Source: an uncultured Candidatus Saccharibacteria bacterium (GTDB lineage Bacteria; Patescibacteriota; CPR2; UBA1875; CAIMLA01). From it: a DNA stretch of 64,000 nucleotides. Every line of letters begins with the position of its first letter. Position 1 is the first letter of the stretch. This document shows, piece after piece, positions 28,081 through 39,011 of this stretch. The notes beneath the pieces were generated by a model, which worked only from the letters and a program-made list of their open reading frames with translations, searched no databases and had not been told where the DNA came from. The position numbers and the translations under genes are program-made. The DNA lies in NCBI GenBank assembly GCA_964511435.1, contig CAZEFH010000002.1:8416-72415 (forward strand). Reading direction: 5' to 3'.

Positions 28081-29286
28081 GTGAATAGCGGTATTGCGAT
28101 TAAAGTTGAAAATGTTTATAAGTCTTTCAGGATTCCTCATGAAAGAAATAGTTCTCTTAAGTCAGCGGCAATCAATCTCTTTAAGAAGAAAAAGTATACT
28201 CGTTACGAAGCAGCTAAGGGGATTAGTTTTGAGGTAAAAAGAGGGGAATTTTTAGGCGTCATCGGCCGTAATGGCTGTGGCAAAAGTACTATGTTAAAAA
28301 TGTTGGCTGGTATCTATGTCCCAGAAAAGGGTAAGATAACCATAGATGGGACACTTTCACCGTTTCTTGAGCTAGGAGTGGGCTTCAATCCAGAACTTTC
28401 AGCAAGAGACAATGTTTATCTTAACGGGGTTATTCTTGGCCTAACAAGAAAAGAAATTGACGAGAAGTTTGATGAAATAATTAAATTTTCCGAGTTAGAA
28501 GAATTTGTTGACCAGAAGCTGAAAAATTTTTCTTCAGGCATGCAGGTAAGATTAGCCTTTTCTGTTGCAATACATGCTCATGCAGACATTCTGCTAATTG
28601 ACGAAGTTCTGGCTGTTGGCGATGTGAATTTCCAACGAAAATGCTTTAATGTTTTTAAAGAATTGAAAGCATCCGGTAAAACAATTGTGTTTGTGTCTCA
28701 TAGTATGGATATGGTTGAAAAGTTTTGTGATAGGGTTTTAGTCTTTGAGAAGGCAGAAATCGCCTTTGATGGGGGCGCTCAGGAAGCAGCAATTGAGTAT
28801 CTGAAACTCCAATCTCAAAGTATTGATACCGAGAAAACAGTAAGCTTCGATACAAGTGTAGTTATCAAAGATATATCCCTAAATGATAAAAATGAAAACG
28901 GGTTGTTTGGTTTTAAGGATAAGGTTCAATTAACGATAACAGTTGATAGTGCGATATCTGGTTCTGATTTAGGTATTGGTTTTGGTTTATTTGAAGAAGA
29001 GACCGGATTAAGAGTCGCCGGTTTTAATTCTCACAGTGATGAGAAAAAACTTGGTTTTAAGAGAGGGATAAATAAATTTTCACTCTCGATTGATCCGGAG
29101 CAGATATTACAAGGAAGGTATTATTTTCAAGCTAGTATCTTTAAAGGCGATCCGGATTTGGGGAATTATCTTGCTTCATATGACAGTAAAAGAACATCAA
29201 AATATCTAACTTTTCCCAAGTCAAATCAAGTTTCTCCTGGTATAGTCTCTCTAAAACACTGCTGGGATCAAGATGAAAAAAGCTAG
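28081..29286 (+). CDS. ABC transporter ATP-binding protein (Wzt/TagH-like) with a C-terminal extension
   Basis: Walker A (GVIGRNGCGKST), the ABC signature (FSSGMQVRLAF) and Walker B (ILLIDE) are present, with about 150 extra C-terminal residues. Confidence 0.85.
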   Translation: MNSGIAIKVENVYKSFRIPHERNSSLKSAAINLFKKKKYTRYEAAKGISFEVKRGEFLGVIGRNGCGKSTMLKMLAGIYVPEKGKITIDGTLSPFLELGVGFNPELSARDNVYLNGVILGLTRKEIDEKFDEIIKFSELEEFVDQKLKNFSSGMQVRLAFSVAIHAHADILLIDEVLAVGDVNFQRKCFNVFKELKASGKTIVFVSHSMDMVEKFCDRVLVFEKAEIAFDGGAQEAAIEYLKLQSQSIDTEKTVSFDTSVVIKDISLNDKNENGLFGFKDKVQLTITVDSAISGSDLGIGFGLFEEETGLRVAGFNSHSDEKKLGFKRGINKFSLSIDPEQILQGRYYFQASIFKGDPDLGNYLASYDSKRTSKYLTFPKSNQVSPGIVSLKHCWDQDEKS

Positions 29287-30328
29287 TATAGTTGTAACTG
29301 GTGGTGACGGAGGATATGGCAATCTTGGAGACGAAGCTCTCCTTGAATCTGTAAAAGAGTTTTACCATCAATATCTAGAAAAATTTAATGTCATTATTTT
29401 AATGGCAAACACGCCCTTAACACAGAATGATGGTTTTGTTTATGTAAAAGATGATATAGAATCTTGGGAAAAGGCAAATATTAATACCAAAGATATTAAG
29501 CTAGTTCATTATTATGGCGGTGGCTATTTGAATAAGTATTGGTTTGAAGAAAAAATATGGCTCTATCGATATCTATGTGAACAAGGACTTTCTTCCAAAA
29601 AAGTTGTTTTTACCGGTCAAGGCTTGGGACCGTTTAATGAGAAACAAATGACTGAGATAGGGGATATTGCTAAAAATTCAGCTGTTTTTGCGATGAGGGA
29701 CAATGCATTTCAATCCCCAAAAACAAGTTTTTCTTTTGATGAAACAATCTCGCGCTTTAGTCTATGGAGATTATACCCCAGAAGAAGAAAATATATTAAT
29801 GTTCATTTTAGGCCAGGTGAAGCATACTCTGAAACTGAAGAAAAAGATATTATTTCAAAGACGAACTTAATTACCAAGTTTGCTAATAAGCGGGGCCTAA
29901 AAGTTCGTATTTTTACAATGTTATATCAAGAGAAAGAGCGTCTCGAAAAGATTTTGAGAGGGGTGGAAGGTATAGAAATCTGGGATAGGCCAATAAATTT
30001 TTCAGAGTTGACTAGTTTTCTTGGTAGGGGCTATATAAATATTTCCCAAAGTTACCATGGTGTGTTGGCTTCATTATATTCAGGAACACCAGTTATTGGT
30101 ATATACAGCAACGACTATTATCAAAGTAAGTACCAGGGTCTAAAAGACATACTTGTGTCAGATTTATTTACTATGGCGCCCATAGATAAAATAGAAGAAA
30201 CAAATATTCTAGAATTATTGAAACGTAATTCATTTAAAAATAAATTAATACGTTGTTTACGGCTAAATAATCTAAAAAAACAAAATCACGACGTCTACAA
30301 AAAAATTAGGAGTATATTAAATGGTTAA
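29273..30328 (+). CDS. Polysaccharide pyruvyl transferase-like protein (CsaB/WcaK family); call is tentative
   Basis: The N-terminus (IVVTGGDGGYGNLGDEALL) resembles the pyruvyl-transferase glycine-rich motif. Confidence 0.4.
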   Translation: MKKASIVVTGGDGGYGNLGDEALLESVKEFYHQYLEKFNVIILMANTPLTQNDGFVYVKDDIESWEKANINTKDIKLVHYYGGGYLNKYWFEEKIWLYRYLCEQGLSSKKVVFTGQGLGPFNEKQMTEIGDIAKNSAVFAMRDNAFQSPKTSFSFDETISRFSLWRLYPRRRKYINVHFRPGEAYSETEEKDIISKTNLITKFANKRGLKVRIFTMLYQEKERLEKILRGVEGIEIWDRPINFSELTSFLGRGYINISQSYHGVLASLYSGTPVIGIYSNDYYQSKYQGLKDILVSDLFTMAPIDKIEETNILELLKRNSFKNKLIRCLRLNNLKKQNHDVYKKIRSILNG

Positions 30329-33245
30329 AAAGCCAAAAATTAGCGTTATTATTCCTTGCTATAATCAGGGTCAATATGCTTTTGATGCAGTGAGATCTGT
30401 TTTTGCACAAACGAGAAATGATTTTGAAATAATTATTGTTAATGATGGTTCTAATGACGATCATACAGACAAATTGCTGCAAGAAATTAGCAAAAAACAC
30501 CCCGATGTTATGGTTTTTAATAAGAGAAATGGTGGACTTTCTGATGCCAGAAATTATGGTATCGGTAAAGCCCGAGGTGACTACATCGTCTGTCTTGACA
30601 GCGACGATGCTCTTAGACCAACCTACCTAGAGAAAACAGCTAAGATACTTGACGGCGACAAGGACCAAAGGATTGGATTTGTATCAACTTGGATACAGGA
30701 GTTTGGTCTCCGTTCAGAAGTATGGCGACCAAAGGTGGAGAATAAAACCGATATTCTGTTAACAAATCATTTCATAGCTGGGTCAATGTTCCGCAAAAGT
30801 TCTTGGGAACAAGTCGGGGGTTATAAGAAAGAAATGATTGGCGGCTACGAAGACTGGGAATTTTGGCTTAGTATTGTTGAAAGCGGTAAGGATTGGAGGA
30901 TAATCGAGGAGCCTCTATTCTTGTACCGAATTAGGCATAATTCTATGCTTCAAAATGCAACAGAAAAACACAAGCAGCTCTACGAATTACTCATTAAATT
31001 TCATAAAAAGTTATTTTCTGATCAAAGTAATGAAATAATTGCGGATTATGCAGCACTCAACCAAAAGCTTAGAACGGATCTTTCAGACGCATATTCAAAA
31101 ACATCTCAAGTCACAAGCGATTACTACAGTGTAAATGAGGAATTGATTCAATTAAAAATGTCTCGCGTTACTCGTTACGTCATTAAACTTAGAGATAATC
31201 TGGTTGATCTACGAACGGCAGTACACGATCGAATAGCGAAAACTAAAAAGGGTACCAGGTCGCAGATCAGTAGGTTAATTCCCGCAAAAATTAAATCAAA
31301 TATTTCAAGTTTTAAAAACGCTCTTTTGGGAATTCGATACACAACTATTGAAAATCAAGCTATCCAAAGCGGTCTCCCTTTAGTGTCGATCATTACTCCA
31401 TTTTATAATCATGGTGCAACTATCCTTGAAACTGTCGATAGTGTTTTGGGACAAAGTTACCAAAACTTCGAATACATTATTGTAAATGATGGGTCAAATC
31501 CAGAAAATACTGCTATACTCTCGAAAATAAAGGATAGTCGGATAAAGATAATCACACACCACAAAAACCTTGGGAATGGCAGCCCAGCGACGGCACGTAA
31601 TACCGGCATCAAGGAATCTTGGGGGCGTTACGTTCTCTGTTTGGATGCCGATGATAAACTTGATAAAACATTTTTAGAAAAGGCACTGGTTTTGCTTGAA
31701 ACAACACCTGGGGTTGCTGTTGTAACTACTGATACAAGTATGTTTGGTGCAGTAGAGCGTGTACTGGAATACGCTGATTATAACCCAGCCGAACTAATTA
31801 AAAACAATATAGTTATTACAGCTGCTGTTTATCGTAAAGAAGCCTGGGAAGCCGTAGGAGGCTATAAATCAGAGATTGGCTATGAAGACTGGGAGTTTTG
31901 GATTGCGTTAGCAGAAAAGGGTTATTTTGGTAAAAAGATTGCTGAAAAACTATTTTTTTACAGAACTGCAGACACATCACGTTATCAGGAGGACGTAAAG
32001 AACCATAGTCAAAATCTAGAAAAAATTAATCAGCTACATCCGTCTTTTTACTCAAATATTGAGTACTATCTGAAAAAATTTCAGAAAAATAAGCAAATCG
32101 TGATACCAGGCACAGCTTTCATAAACCTAAGGAGCAACAGTGATTATCTGAAAAATGATCAGCGGAAAAAGGTCGTAGTGGCAGTTCCTTGGCTTACTTA
32201 TGGAGGAGCAGAAACACTTTTATACAACTTCTGTAGAGGGTTGTCGGCCGAATACGATTTTACATTTATTACTGGCTATAAGTCAGATAATGAGTGGGAA
32301 TATCGTTTCAGAGAGTTTAGTGACTCCATCTATCATTTGCCAAATATTTTGGAACATGAGCAACTACAGTTAGAGTTTATTTCAAACTATATTTCTACTA
32401 GGAATGTAGAGATTTTTCATGTTTTTCACTGTCAATATCCACTTACTATGCTATCTGAATTAAAAAAGCGCCATCCAGGTCTAAAAATTATTGTGACAAT
32501 GTTTAATTCTAGTGTAGATTTTTTCTGGCAATCCCTTGAGTTAGGTGACTACGTCGATGTTTATACTAGCGATAATACTACGGTTACAGATATTGTTAGC
32601 GCTAGGTTGCCCCATAAAATAGTTATACCGATTTTGAATGGGATAGATGTTTATGGAGATTATTCTCCAGATAGCTATGATCGGAACGTAACAAGGGAAT
32701 CATTGGGTGTTACCAAGGATGATAAAGTAATATGTTTTGTGGGGCGACTATCTGAAGAAAAGAACGTTTCAGCCGTTGTAAAACTAGCCGATGCCATAAA
32801 AAACATTCCTAATACGAGGGTGATTATCGTAGGAGATGGTCCAGAGAAAAAGCGGGTGTTGGCTGCAGTGAGAAGAAATAATAAAGTACTATATCTTGGA
32901 TATAGGGATGATGTGGCAGCAATATTATCTGCTAGCGATATATTTTTCTTACCATCTCATGTCGAAGGTTTCCCCCAAACACTAGTCGAGGCCATGGCTC
33001 TCGGTAATGTTTTAGTGACTTCTACGGCAGGAGAGATGAAAAAAATAGTCGATGATAGTATAGGCAGAACATTCGATTCAAAAAATATTGGTCACGCAAT
33101 AGAGATTATTAAAGACTTATTATTACAGGACAAAGGACTTTTTGACATGCAGAGAAATGCTGTCGCTAAAGCGCGTAAATATTATTCATACAGTCGAATG
33201 ATTGATGATTATGATTGTCTTTACGGGGATCTAGGGAGAAAATAA
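30321..33245 (+). CDS. Three-domain glycosyltransferase (GT2 - coiled-coil linker - GT2 - GT4)
   Basis: Two ISVIIPCYN / VSIITPFYN GT2 modules are present, each with a DxD motif (CLDSDD and CLDADD). A C-terminal GT4 domain (FVGRLSEEKN, EGFPQTLVEAMALG) follows. Confidence 0.75.
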   Translation: MVKKPKISVIIPCYNQGQYAFDAVRSVFAQTRNDFEIIIVNDGSNDDHTDKLLQEISKKHPDVMVFNKRNGGLSDARNYGIGKARGDYIVCLDSDDALRPTYLEKTAKILDGDKDQRIGFVSTWIQEFGLRSEVWRPKVENKTDILLTNHFIAGSMFRKSSWEQVGGYKKEMIGGYEDWEFWLSIVESGKDWRIIEEPLFLYRIRHNSMLQNATEKHKQLYELLIKFHKKLFSDQSNEIIADYAALNQKLRTDLSDAYSKTSQVTSDYYSVNEELIQLKMSRVTRYVIKLRDNLVDLRTAVHDRIAKTKKGTRSQISRLIPAKIKSNISSFKNALLGIRYTTIENQAIQSGLPLVSIITPFYNHGATILETVDSVLGQSYQNFEYIIVNDGSNPENTAILSKIKDSRIKIITHHKNLGNGSPATARNTGIKESWGRYVLCLDADDKLDKTFLEKALVLLETTPGVAVVTTDTSMFGAVERVLEYADYNPAELIKNNIVITAAVYRKEAWEAVGGYKSEIGYEDWEFWIALAEKGYFGKKIAEKLFFYRTADTSRYQEDVKNHSQNLEKINQLHPSFYSNIEYYLKKFQKNKQIVIPGTAFINLRSNSDYLKNDQRKKVVVAVPWLTYGGAETLLYNFCRGLSAEYDFTFITGYKSDNEWEYRFREFSDSIYHLPNILEHEQLQLEFISNYISTRNVEIFHVFHCQYPLTMLSELKKRHPGLKIIVTMFNSSVDFFWQSLELGDYVDVYTSDNTTVTDIVSARLPHKIVIPILNGIDVYGDYSPDSYDRNVTRESLGVTKDDKVICFVGRLSEEKNVSAVVKLADAIKNIPNTRVIIVGDGPEKKRVLAAVRRNNKVLYLGYRDDVAAILSASDIFFLPSHVEGFPQTLVEAMALGNVLVTSTAGEMKKIVDDSIGRTFDSKNIGHAIEIIKDLLLQDKGLFDMQRNAVAKARKYYSYSRMIDDYDCLYGDLGRK

Positions 33246-33246
33246 A

Positions 33247-34128
33247 TTGCATTTGGATAGTTATAAACTCCTAGGGATAGATATAGTAGATAGTAGTTTG
33301 GCTAAACTTGGCCGAGAGCTTGGCATTGCTCTGTCAGGGGACAAAAAATTAGCACTTGTAAAAGTAAATACGGAATTACTACGAAGACAGTTAAATGATA
33401 CGAGCTTTAAAAGAACATTACATGAATCTGATGTCATTATTCCTGATGGCCGAGGGGTTCAGTGGGCAGCTAAGTACCTTACAATGCCTGTTACCCGGAA
33501 TAAATTTATGAGACCAATACAGTCTGTCTGGCAGATGATTTATAGTGGCGCAGCAATTGTCCTGAACCCAAGCTTTATTTCTTATCCAATCACAGAGGTT
33601 TTTCCGGGGATCGAAGCCTTTAATCTGATGCTACAAGCCGTTGAAGATAGTGGGAAATCAGTGTATTTTTTTGGTGCAAAACAGAAAGATCTCGAGCTTG
33701 CTATCGAGAATATTCGTCTAGACCACCCGAAGTTGAAAATAGCCGGCTTTCAGAACGGTTATGATTTCCAGTCTGATTCCAAAGTTGATCCAGTGGCAGA
33801 TATCAACAAGACGGACGCAGCCCTTCTGATAGTGGCACTTGGCAGTCCTAAACAAGAATACTGGATTCATGAAAATCTACCAAAATTGAAGCACGTGAAA
33901 GTCGCTGTCGGTGAAGGTGGTACACTTGTCCGTATCGCTTATCCGAGGCAAAAAGCTCCAACGTGGGTGAATCGCCTAGGCCTTGAGTGGCTCTGGCGGC
34001 TCTTCTTCAATAGTAGTCTCACCGAGGGTAGGGGTAGGTGGAAGCGGTTTTGGGATTCAGTGCCGCGGTTTATTTATGAGATGGTAAAATGGAAGATAAA
34101 GAATGGATATGCAAAAGTTACTAAATAA
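33247..34128 (+). CDS. WecB/TagA/CpsF-family glycosyltransferase (GT26)
   Basis: The motifs IPDG.GV, VYFFGAK, IAG..NGY and ALGSPKQEYWI are present. Confidence 0.7.
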   Translation: MHLDSYKLLGIDIVDSSLAKLGRELGIALSGDKKLALVKVNTELLRRQLNDTSFKRTLHESDVIIPDGRGVQWAAKYLTMPVTRNKFMRPIQSVWQMIYSGAAIVLNPSFISYPITEVFPGIEAFNLMLQAVEDSGKSVYFFGAKQKDLELAIENIRLDHPKLKIAGFQNGYDFQSDSKVDPVADINKTDAALLIVALGSPKQEYWIHENLPKLKHVKVAVGEGGTLVRIAYPRQKAPTWVNRLGLEWLWRLFFNSSLTEGRGRWKRFWDSVPRFIYEMVKWKIKNGYAKVTK

Positions 34129-34513
34129 ATACTGGTTAGACATCCTCGTCTTATTAATGGTGCTTATTTTTGTGGCCATTGGTTGTATCTATTATTTGAA
34201 ACCGACCTCTAAAACTGGTGAGACTGTAAAAGTCACTATCGAAATTATTGACCAGGCGCAGGCCGAATTGATAAAAACAGAAGCTGAAAGAGAAAAAACA
34301 GTATTCATAAATAGTATTAATACTCCGGTTTCGGTTGTTTCTGTAAGAGAAGACTCGGATAAGCTTCTTGTGACAGTATCAGGAGACGGGTCAGTCGATG
34401 AGGACGGTACTACTACATTTATTGGACAGAGACTATTAGTTGGTCAAAAAGCCGAGATTCACGGTGGTTACTTCGCTCAGGGTAAGATCTCAAAAATAGA
34501 AAAGGCAAACTAA
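34103..34513 (+). CDS. Hypothetical small membrane-anchored protein
   Basis: A single N-terminal TM helix is present. No recognised domain. Confidence 0.35.
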   Translation: MDMQKLLNKYWLDILVLLMVLIFVAIGCIYYLKPTSKTGETVKVTIEIIDQAQAELIKTEAEREKTVFINSINTPVSVVSVREDSDKLLVTVSGDGSVDEDGTTTFIGQRLLVGQKAEIHGGYFAQGKISKIEKAN

Positions 34514-35740
34514 ATGGTCTTCAGTGACTCAGTTGTGGGAAGGGTTTTGAATCGATTATCTTTCCCGAAAGTTTCAGAAGGATTCCTGCTATTAGCGCTT
34601 GCAACCTATTTTTACGAAGGTGGTTTATCAAAGATAGGCGTGAGTTCGTCTTTGGTGCTATATTTGCCTGCAGTATTTTTGGTGGTGGCGCTAGTACTTG
34701 CTGATAAGAAAAGAATTACACTGAGTAAGTCAGGAAAGATACTACTTGGTTTTTATTTGTTTGCCCTGATTTCAGGTCTAATCGCGGTCATTAACGGCGC
34801 TAGTGGTAGACTAATTATCCAGGGATGGCTACTGTACCTCCAGTTTGGCATTGCACTATTCGCTAGCAGTGCCGTGGCGAAGCCGATAAAGTTTATCAGG
34901 GATACTATTATCGTCGCACTACCAGTGTTGGCTTATGGTCTTTATCAAGTTATTGCGAACGTAGGCACATCTAGCCTCTGGTTATCTAGTTCTGAGAGTG
35001 GGATATCGACCAGGGCCTTTGGTTTTTTCGGAAGTCCCAATGTATTTGGTGCTATTGTAGCAATTATAGCAATTACATCCATTGCATATTACCTGCAGGT
35101 AAAAAATAGAGCATACCTAGTCGTATCTCTAGTAGCAACCTTTTTAACGGTGTTTTCCTTCTCTAGGAGTGCATGGCTGGGACTTATCTTGGGAATCGGC
35201 GTGATGGCGGTAGTGGTGAATTGGAGATACCTTTTTATTACTGGATTAGGTGTATTCACCCTTCTAGTGCCCCAGGTTCGGTTGCGTATCTATTCGCTAC
35301 TATCTGAAAGCTACTGGCTCGATGCTTCATTAGACGGAAGATTATGGTCGCTAAACAACGGACTTCACATTTTTTCAAAACATCCACTTCTTGGAACCGG
35401 ACCCGGTACTTATGGCGGGAAACTAGCCTTGAGCAGCTCAAGCCCAGTCTATCTTGAAGGGATTCAGCGCGGATATGTTGCACTATATTATACCGATAAC
35501 CAATGGCTTCAGCTTCTGGTGCAGACAGGGATAGTCGGACTTCTTATATTTGCCATATTTATTGCGGAGGTTTTTAAAAGCCTTATAAATAGCTATAATG
35601 AGAATAAGCAGTACCTCACCCTCGGAGCCATCGGGTCTTTGGTTGCATTCGTAGTTACTGGGTTCATGGGTAACGTCCTCGAATTTGGTGCAGTTTCTGT
35701 TTTGGTAGGAATAATTATAGGGTTAACTTCTTATGAGTAA
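34514..35740 (+). CDS. O-antigen ligase/polymerase-family membrane protein (Wzy/WaaL-like)
   Basis: About 10-12 TM helices flank a large external loop (HPLLGTGPGTYG). Confidence 0.6.
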   Translation: MVFSDSVVGRVLNRLSFPKVSEGFLLLALATYFYEGGLSKIGVSSSLVLYLPAVFLVVALVLADKKRITLSKSGKILLGFYLFALISGLIAVINGASGRLIIQGWLLYLQFGIALFASSAVAKPIKFIRDTIIVALPVLAYGLYQVIANVGTSSLWLSSSESGISTRAFGFFGSPNVFGAIVAIIAITSIAYYLQVKNRAYLVVSLVATFLTVFSFSRSAWLGLILGIGVMAVVVNWRYLFITGLGVFTLLVPQVRLRIYSLLSESYWLDASLDGRLWSLNNGLHIFSKHPLLGTGPGTYGGKLALSSSSPVYLEGIQRGYVALYYTDNQWLQLLVQTGIVGLLIFAIFIAEVFKSLINSYNENKQYLTLGAIGSLVAFVVTGFMGNVLEFGAVSVLVGIIIGLTSYE

Positions 35741-36818
35741 AGAATCAAAGAAGATCGCTGTCGTCTACAGTGGTGGCGCCGGTTGGGGCGGGATTGAGAC
35801 TTATCTTAATCTTCTATTTAAATACTTTCCCAAAGACGAAATGGAACTAACTTTATTTAGCTTGGGAGAATGGCCACTAACTGATAGTCTTCGTAAGACG
35901 GGGGCAAGAATAGAACTTTTCTCGGGAAATCGTATCGGAATTACTACTGTTTATAAGATGTCTAATATGCTGAAACAAGAAGGGTACTGCTTAGTAGTTT
36001 CTCACGGGAATGTCTCTACTGCTTATGGCAGAGCAGCTTCGCTTCTGAGCGGAGTACCAAGTCTAGTCACGGTGCACTCAGACATTGATTATGACTACCC
36101 CAATCCACTTTTTCGCTTAATATACAAAACCATTGATGTTTTAACTCGTTTTCAGACTACTAGATATCTCGCAGTGTCTCAATATATCGCTGAAAAAATT
36201 CAGAAAAGTGGTATTAAAAAGAACAAGGTCGATGTGGTGTATAACGCCATCGAGTTACCTCAAGATAATTTAGTAAACAAACGAAGTGATGGTGCGGTTG
36301 TTATTTCTACCGTCGGACGTTTGCATCAGGTAAAGGGCTTTCATAATCTGATTCGTGCCATGAAGTTATTGGACGATAAAGTTACTCTTCGAATTGGTGG
36401 AGAGGGTGAAGAAAAAGAGAATCTTGAATGCATTATTGCTCAGGAAGGTCTCCAGAAACGAGTCCAGCTTGTCGGCCATGTTGAACCATTTGAGTTTATC
36501 GCGAAAAGTGACATTTTCGTCCAACCTTCGCTTGTTGAGGGTTTTGGTTTAGCAACAATTGAGGCTATGGCTGTCGGTGTCCCTGTGGTTGTTACCCCAG
36601 TGGGGAGCCTGAGAGAGATAGTTGAGGACGGTGTAACGGGGATAGTTGCAGGTGGACAAACTCCACCTGCCTTAGCAGCTGCAATCAATACTTTGATTGA
36701 AAGTCCTGCGTTAAGACAAAAACTTGCGGTGTCAGGACAGGATTACGTTGGCAATAACTTTACTATTGAGAAGTGGGTTTTAGGTACGGCTAATACATAT
36801 AGAAAGGCTATCAGATGA
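35733..36818 (+). CDS. Glycosyltransferase family 4
   Basis: The C-terminal motif is EGFGLATIEAMAVGVPVV. Confidence 0.75.
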   Translation: MSKESKKIAVVYSGGAGWGGIETYLNLLFKYFPKDEMELTLFSLGEWPLTDSLRKTGARIELFSGNRIGITTVYKMSNMLKQEGYCLVVSHGNVSTAYGRAASLLSGVPSLVTVHSDIDYDYPNPLFRLIYKTIDVLTRFQTTRYLAVSQYIAEKIQKSGIKKNKVDVVYNAIELPQDNLVNKRSDGAVVISTVGRLHQVKGFHNLIRAMKLLDDKVTLRIGGEGEEKENLECIIAQEGLQKRVQLVGHVEPFEFIAKSDIFVQPSLVEGFGLATIEAMAVGVPVVVTPVGSLREIVEDGVTGIVAGGQTPPALAAAINTLIESPALRQKLAVSGQDYVGNNFTIEKWVLGTANTYRKAIR

Positions 36819-37906
36819 AGATAGTTCATGTAATCAATTATCCAGGGCAAGGGGGGATGGAAAAATACGCTTATTTGTTGGCTAAATATGCGATTAACTC
36901 TGGTCACTCGGTTGAATTTGTTTTTGGTGGAGAAGGTCCTCTCGTTAATCAGGTTAATAATATTGGTTGCCATGTCCATATGCTGAAAATGAGAGCTCCA
37001 TATGACCTTGTCGCTGTCTATAATTTAGTGAAGTTACTTAAGAATCTGAAACCAGATGTTGTTCATACTCACTTTATGAGAGAGAATTTTCTAGTTATCG
37101 ATGCATCAAGGTTTGTTAAAATTCCGGCAATATTTTCTACCGTTCATCGACTGGAACCAAAGAGTTCACTGCAGGCCTCTGTAAACCAACTCTATTCGAA
37201 GGGGCTTACAAAGTTTATTGCAGTTTCGCCACTTGCTAAAGAATATTTATTAAATGAGGGTATTAAAGAATCAAAGATTATTACGATTCCAAATGGAGCT
37301 GAAATCGGCGAATTTGACAAAAACAATATTCGTAAAAGGTATAGTCTTACAAAAAAAGATATTATTTTTGCATATGTAGGAAGATTTTCTGAGGAAAAGG
37401 GCCACGAAATACTGATTCGCGCATTCGCAAAATCCCATAAAGCGAATTGGAAGCTATTATTAGTGGGAGATGGTGAACTTATTGAGTCAATGAAGGGTCT
37501 TGCCCAGAAGTTAAAGATTTCAAATAAAATTATTTTTACTGGAGCTATAGAGAATGGTTACGAGGCCATTGCGGTTGCGAACTACTATGTACAGCCTTCA
37601 AAAATAGAAAACATGCCTATAAGCGTAGTTGAGGCAATGCTTCTTGGTGTACCAGTTCTTGCGTCTAATTGTTCAGCCCATAATTGGCTATTAAAGAACG
37701 GGGAGTTTGGGATATTGTTTAAAAATGGTAATATAAATTCCTTGATAGCCGGGTTTTCCGAAATAATTGGTGATAAGTCGACTATGAATAAGGCAAAGAA
37801 TGCACAAGAATATGCACTTTCCCACTTTACCGCAACTAAAATGTGGGAAAATACAGAGAAGCTTTATCAAAAATATGTTCAAGCGGCCAGAGTGGTGCTA
37901 AAATAG
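36815..37906 (+). CDS. Glycosyltransferase family 4
   Basis: A GRFSEEKG motif and the E..P.SVVEAMLLGVPVL motif are present. Confidence 0.75.
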   Translation: MKIVHVINYPGQGGMEKYAYLLAKYAINSGHSVEFVFGGEGPLVNQVNNIGCHVHMLKMRAPYDLVAVYNLVKLLKNLKPDVVHTHFMRENFLVIDASRFVKIPAIFSTVHRLEPKSSLQASVNQLYSKGLTKFIAVSPLAKEYLLNEGIKESKIITIPNGAEIGEFDKNNIRKRYSLTKKDIIFAYVGRFSEEKGHEILIRAFAKSHKANWKLLLVGDGELIESMKGLAQKLKISNKIIFTGAIENGYEAIAVANYYVQPSKIENMPISVVEAMLLGVPVLASNCSAHNWLLKNGEFGILFKNGNINSLIAGFSEIIGDKSTMNKAKNAQEYALSHFTATKMWENTEKLYQKYVQAARVVLK

Positions 37907-37916
37907 CGTCTAGAAT

Positions 37917-38960
37917 ATGATTACTCCAAAGTTATTTATATTACCTTTTCTTGCGGCGGCAGTGACGATGGTACTACTTCCGATAGTTCGTCGACTGTCC
38001 GAGAAAGTGGGAGCGCTTGCTCAGCCAAATGAGAGGAAGGTTCATAAGTTTCCTGTGCCGCAGACTGGCGGAGTGGCGATATTTTTTGGTTTTCTTGTGG
38101 CGACACTCTTTTTCAATCGAACGAGCCCAGAAATAATCGGTTATCTTCTCGGCGGCACCGTAATCACAGGGATTGGCCTTCTTGATGACATCTTTGATCT
38201 CCCACCAATTACAAAGTTTTTTGGTCAGATTCTTGCGGCGCTGATTGTGATTTATTCCGGGGTTCGGATAGAGTTTGTAGGTAATCCAGCTGATGGGGGA
38301 CTGATCAATCTTGGTTTTCTTTCTCTACCGTTTACCTTCCTCTGGATAGTGGGAGTCGCAAATGCGATTAACTTCCTTGATGGCCTTGATGGTCTCGCCG
38401 CTGGAGTCTCTGGTATTTCCGCTTGGACCCTTGGCACTGTTGCTCTGATGAGTGGACGTTATGATGCTGGAGTACTGGCGTTCACGCTTGGAGCCGCAGC
38501 ATTTGCCTTTCTTCCAACAAACTTTTCGAATGAGCATAATCGTAAAATGTTTATGGGCGATGCAGGGTCAAACTTCCTCGGCTACTCCTTGGCGGTTGTT
38601 TCTATAATGGGTATGGTGAAAGTAGCGGCTGCATTTTCGATGATTCTGCCGATGCTAGTACTAGCAATACCGCTTTTTGATACCGGGTTTGCAGTAGTAA
38701 GACGTCTCCTTTCTGGGAAGAGTCCTTTCGAGCCGGACAGCGCCCATCTCCATCACCGAATTATGCACAAGGGGTTCAGTCATAAGCAAACTGCATTTAT
38801 CATCTATGGTGTGAACATCATTCTTGGAGTTATCGCCATCGCTTCGATGAAAATGACTAATCCTCAGGCAATTGCTACCTTTGCGATTACGGCGGGAGTC
38901 CTCTTCGTTGTCGCCTGGAAGCTTGGTCTCATCACGATAAAGAGAAGTGTAAAATCCTAG
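37917..38960 (+). CDS. Polyprenyl-phosphate N-acetylhexosamine-1-phosphate transferase (MraY/WecA/TagO family), the initiating transferase
   Basis: The motifs NAINFLDGLDGLAAG and the family's DD..D motif region are present, with about 10 TM helices. Confidence 0.8.
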   Translation: MITPKLFILPFLAAAVTMVLLPIVRRLSEKVGALAQPNERKVHKFPVPQTGGVAIFFGFLVATLFFNRTSPEIIGYLLGGTVITGIGLLDDIFDLPPITKFFGQILAALIVIYSGVRIEFVGNPADGGLINLGFLSLPFTFLWIVGVANAINFLDGLDGLAAGVSGISAWTLGTVALMSGRYDAGVLAFTLGAAAFAFLPTNFSNEHNRKMFMGDAGSNFLGYSLAVVSIMGMVKVAAAFSMILPMLVLAIPLFDTGFAVVRRLLSGKSPFEPDSAHLHHRIMHKGFSHKQTAFIIYGVNIILGVIAIASMKMTNPQAIATFAITAGVLFVVAWKLGLITIKRSVKS

Positions 38961-39011
38961 CTTCTGAGCACGGATATTGTTATAATAAGGCGGCCGAAAG
39001 GCTGTTTTATT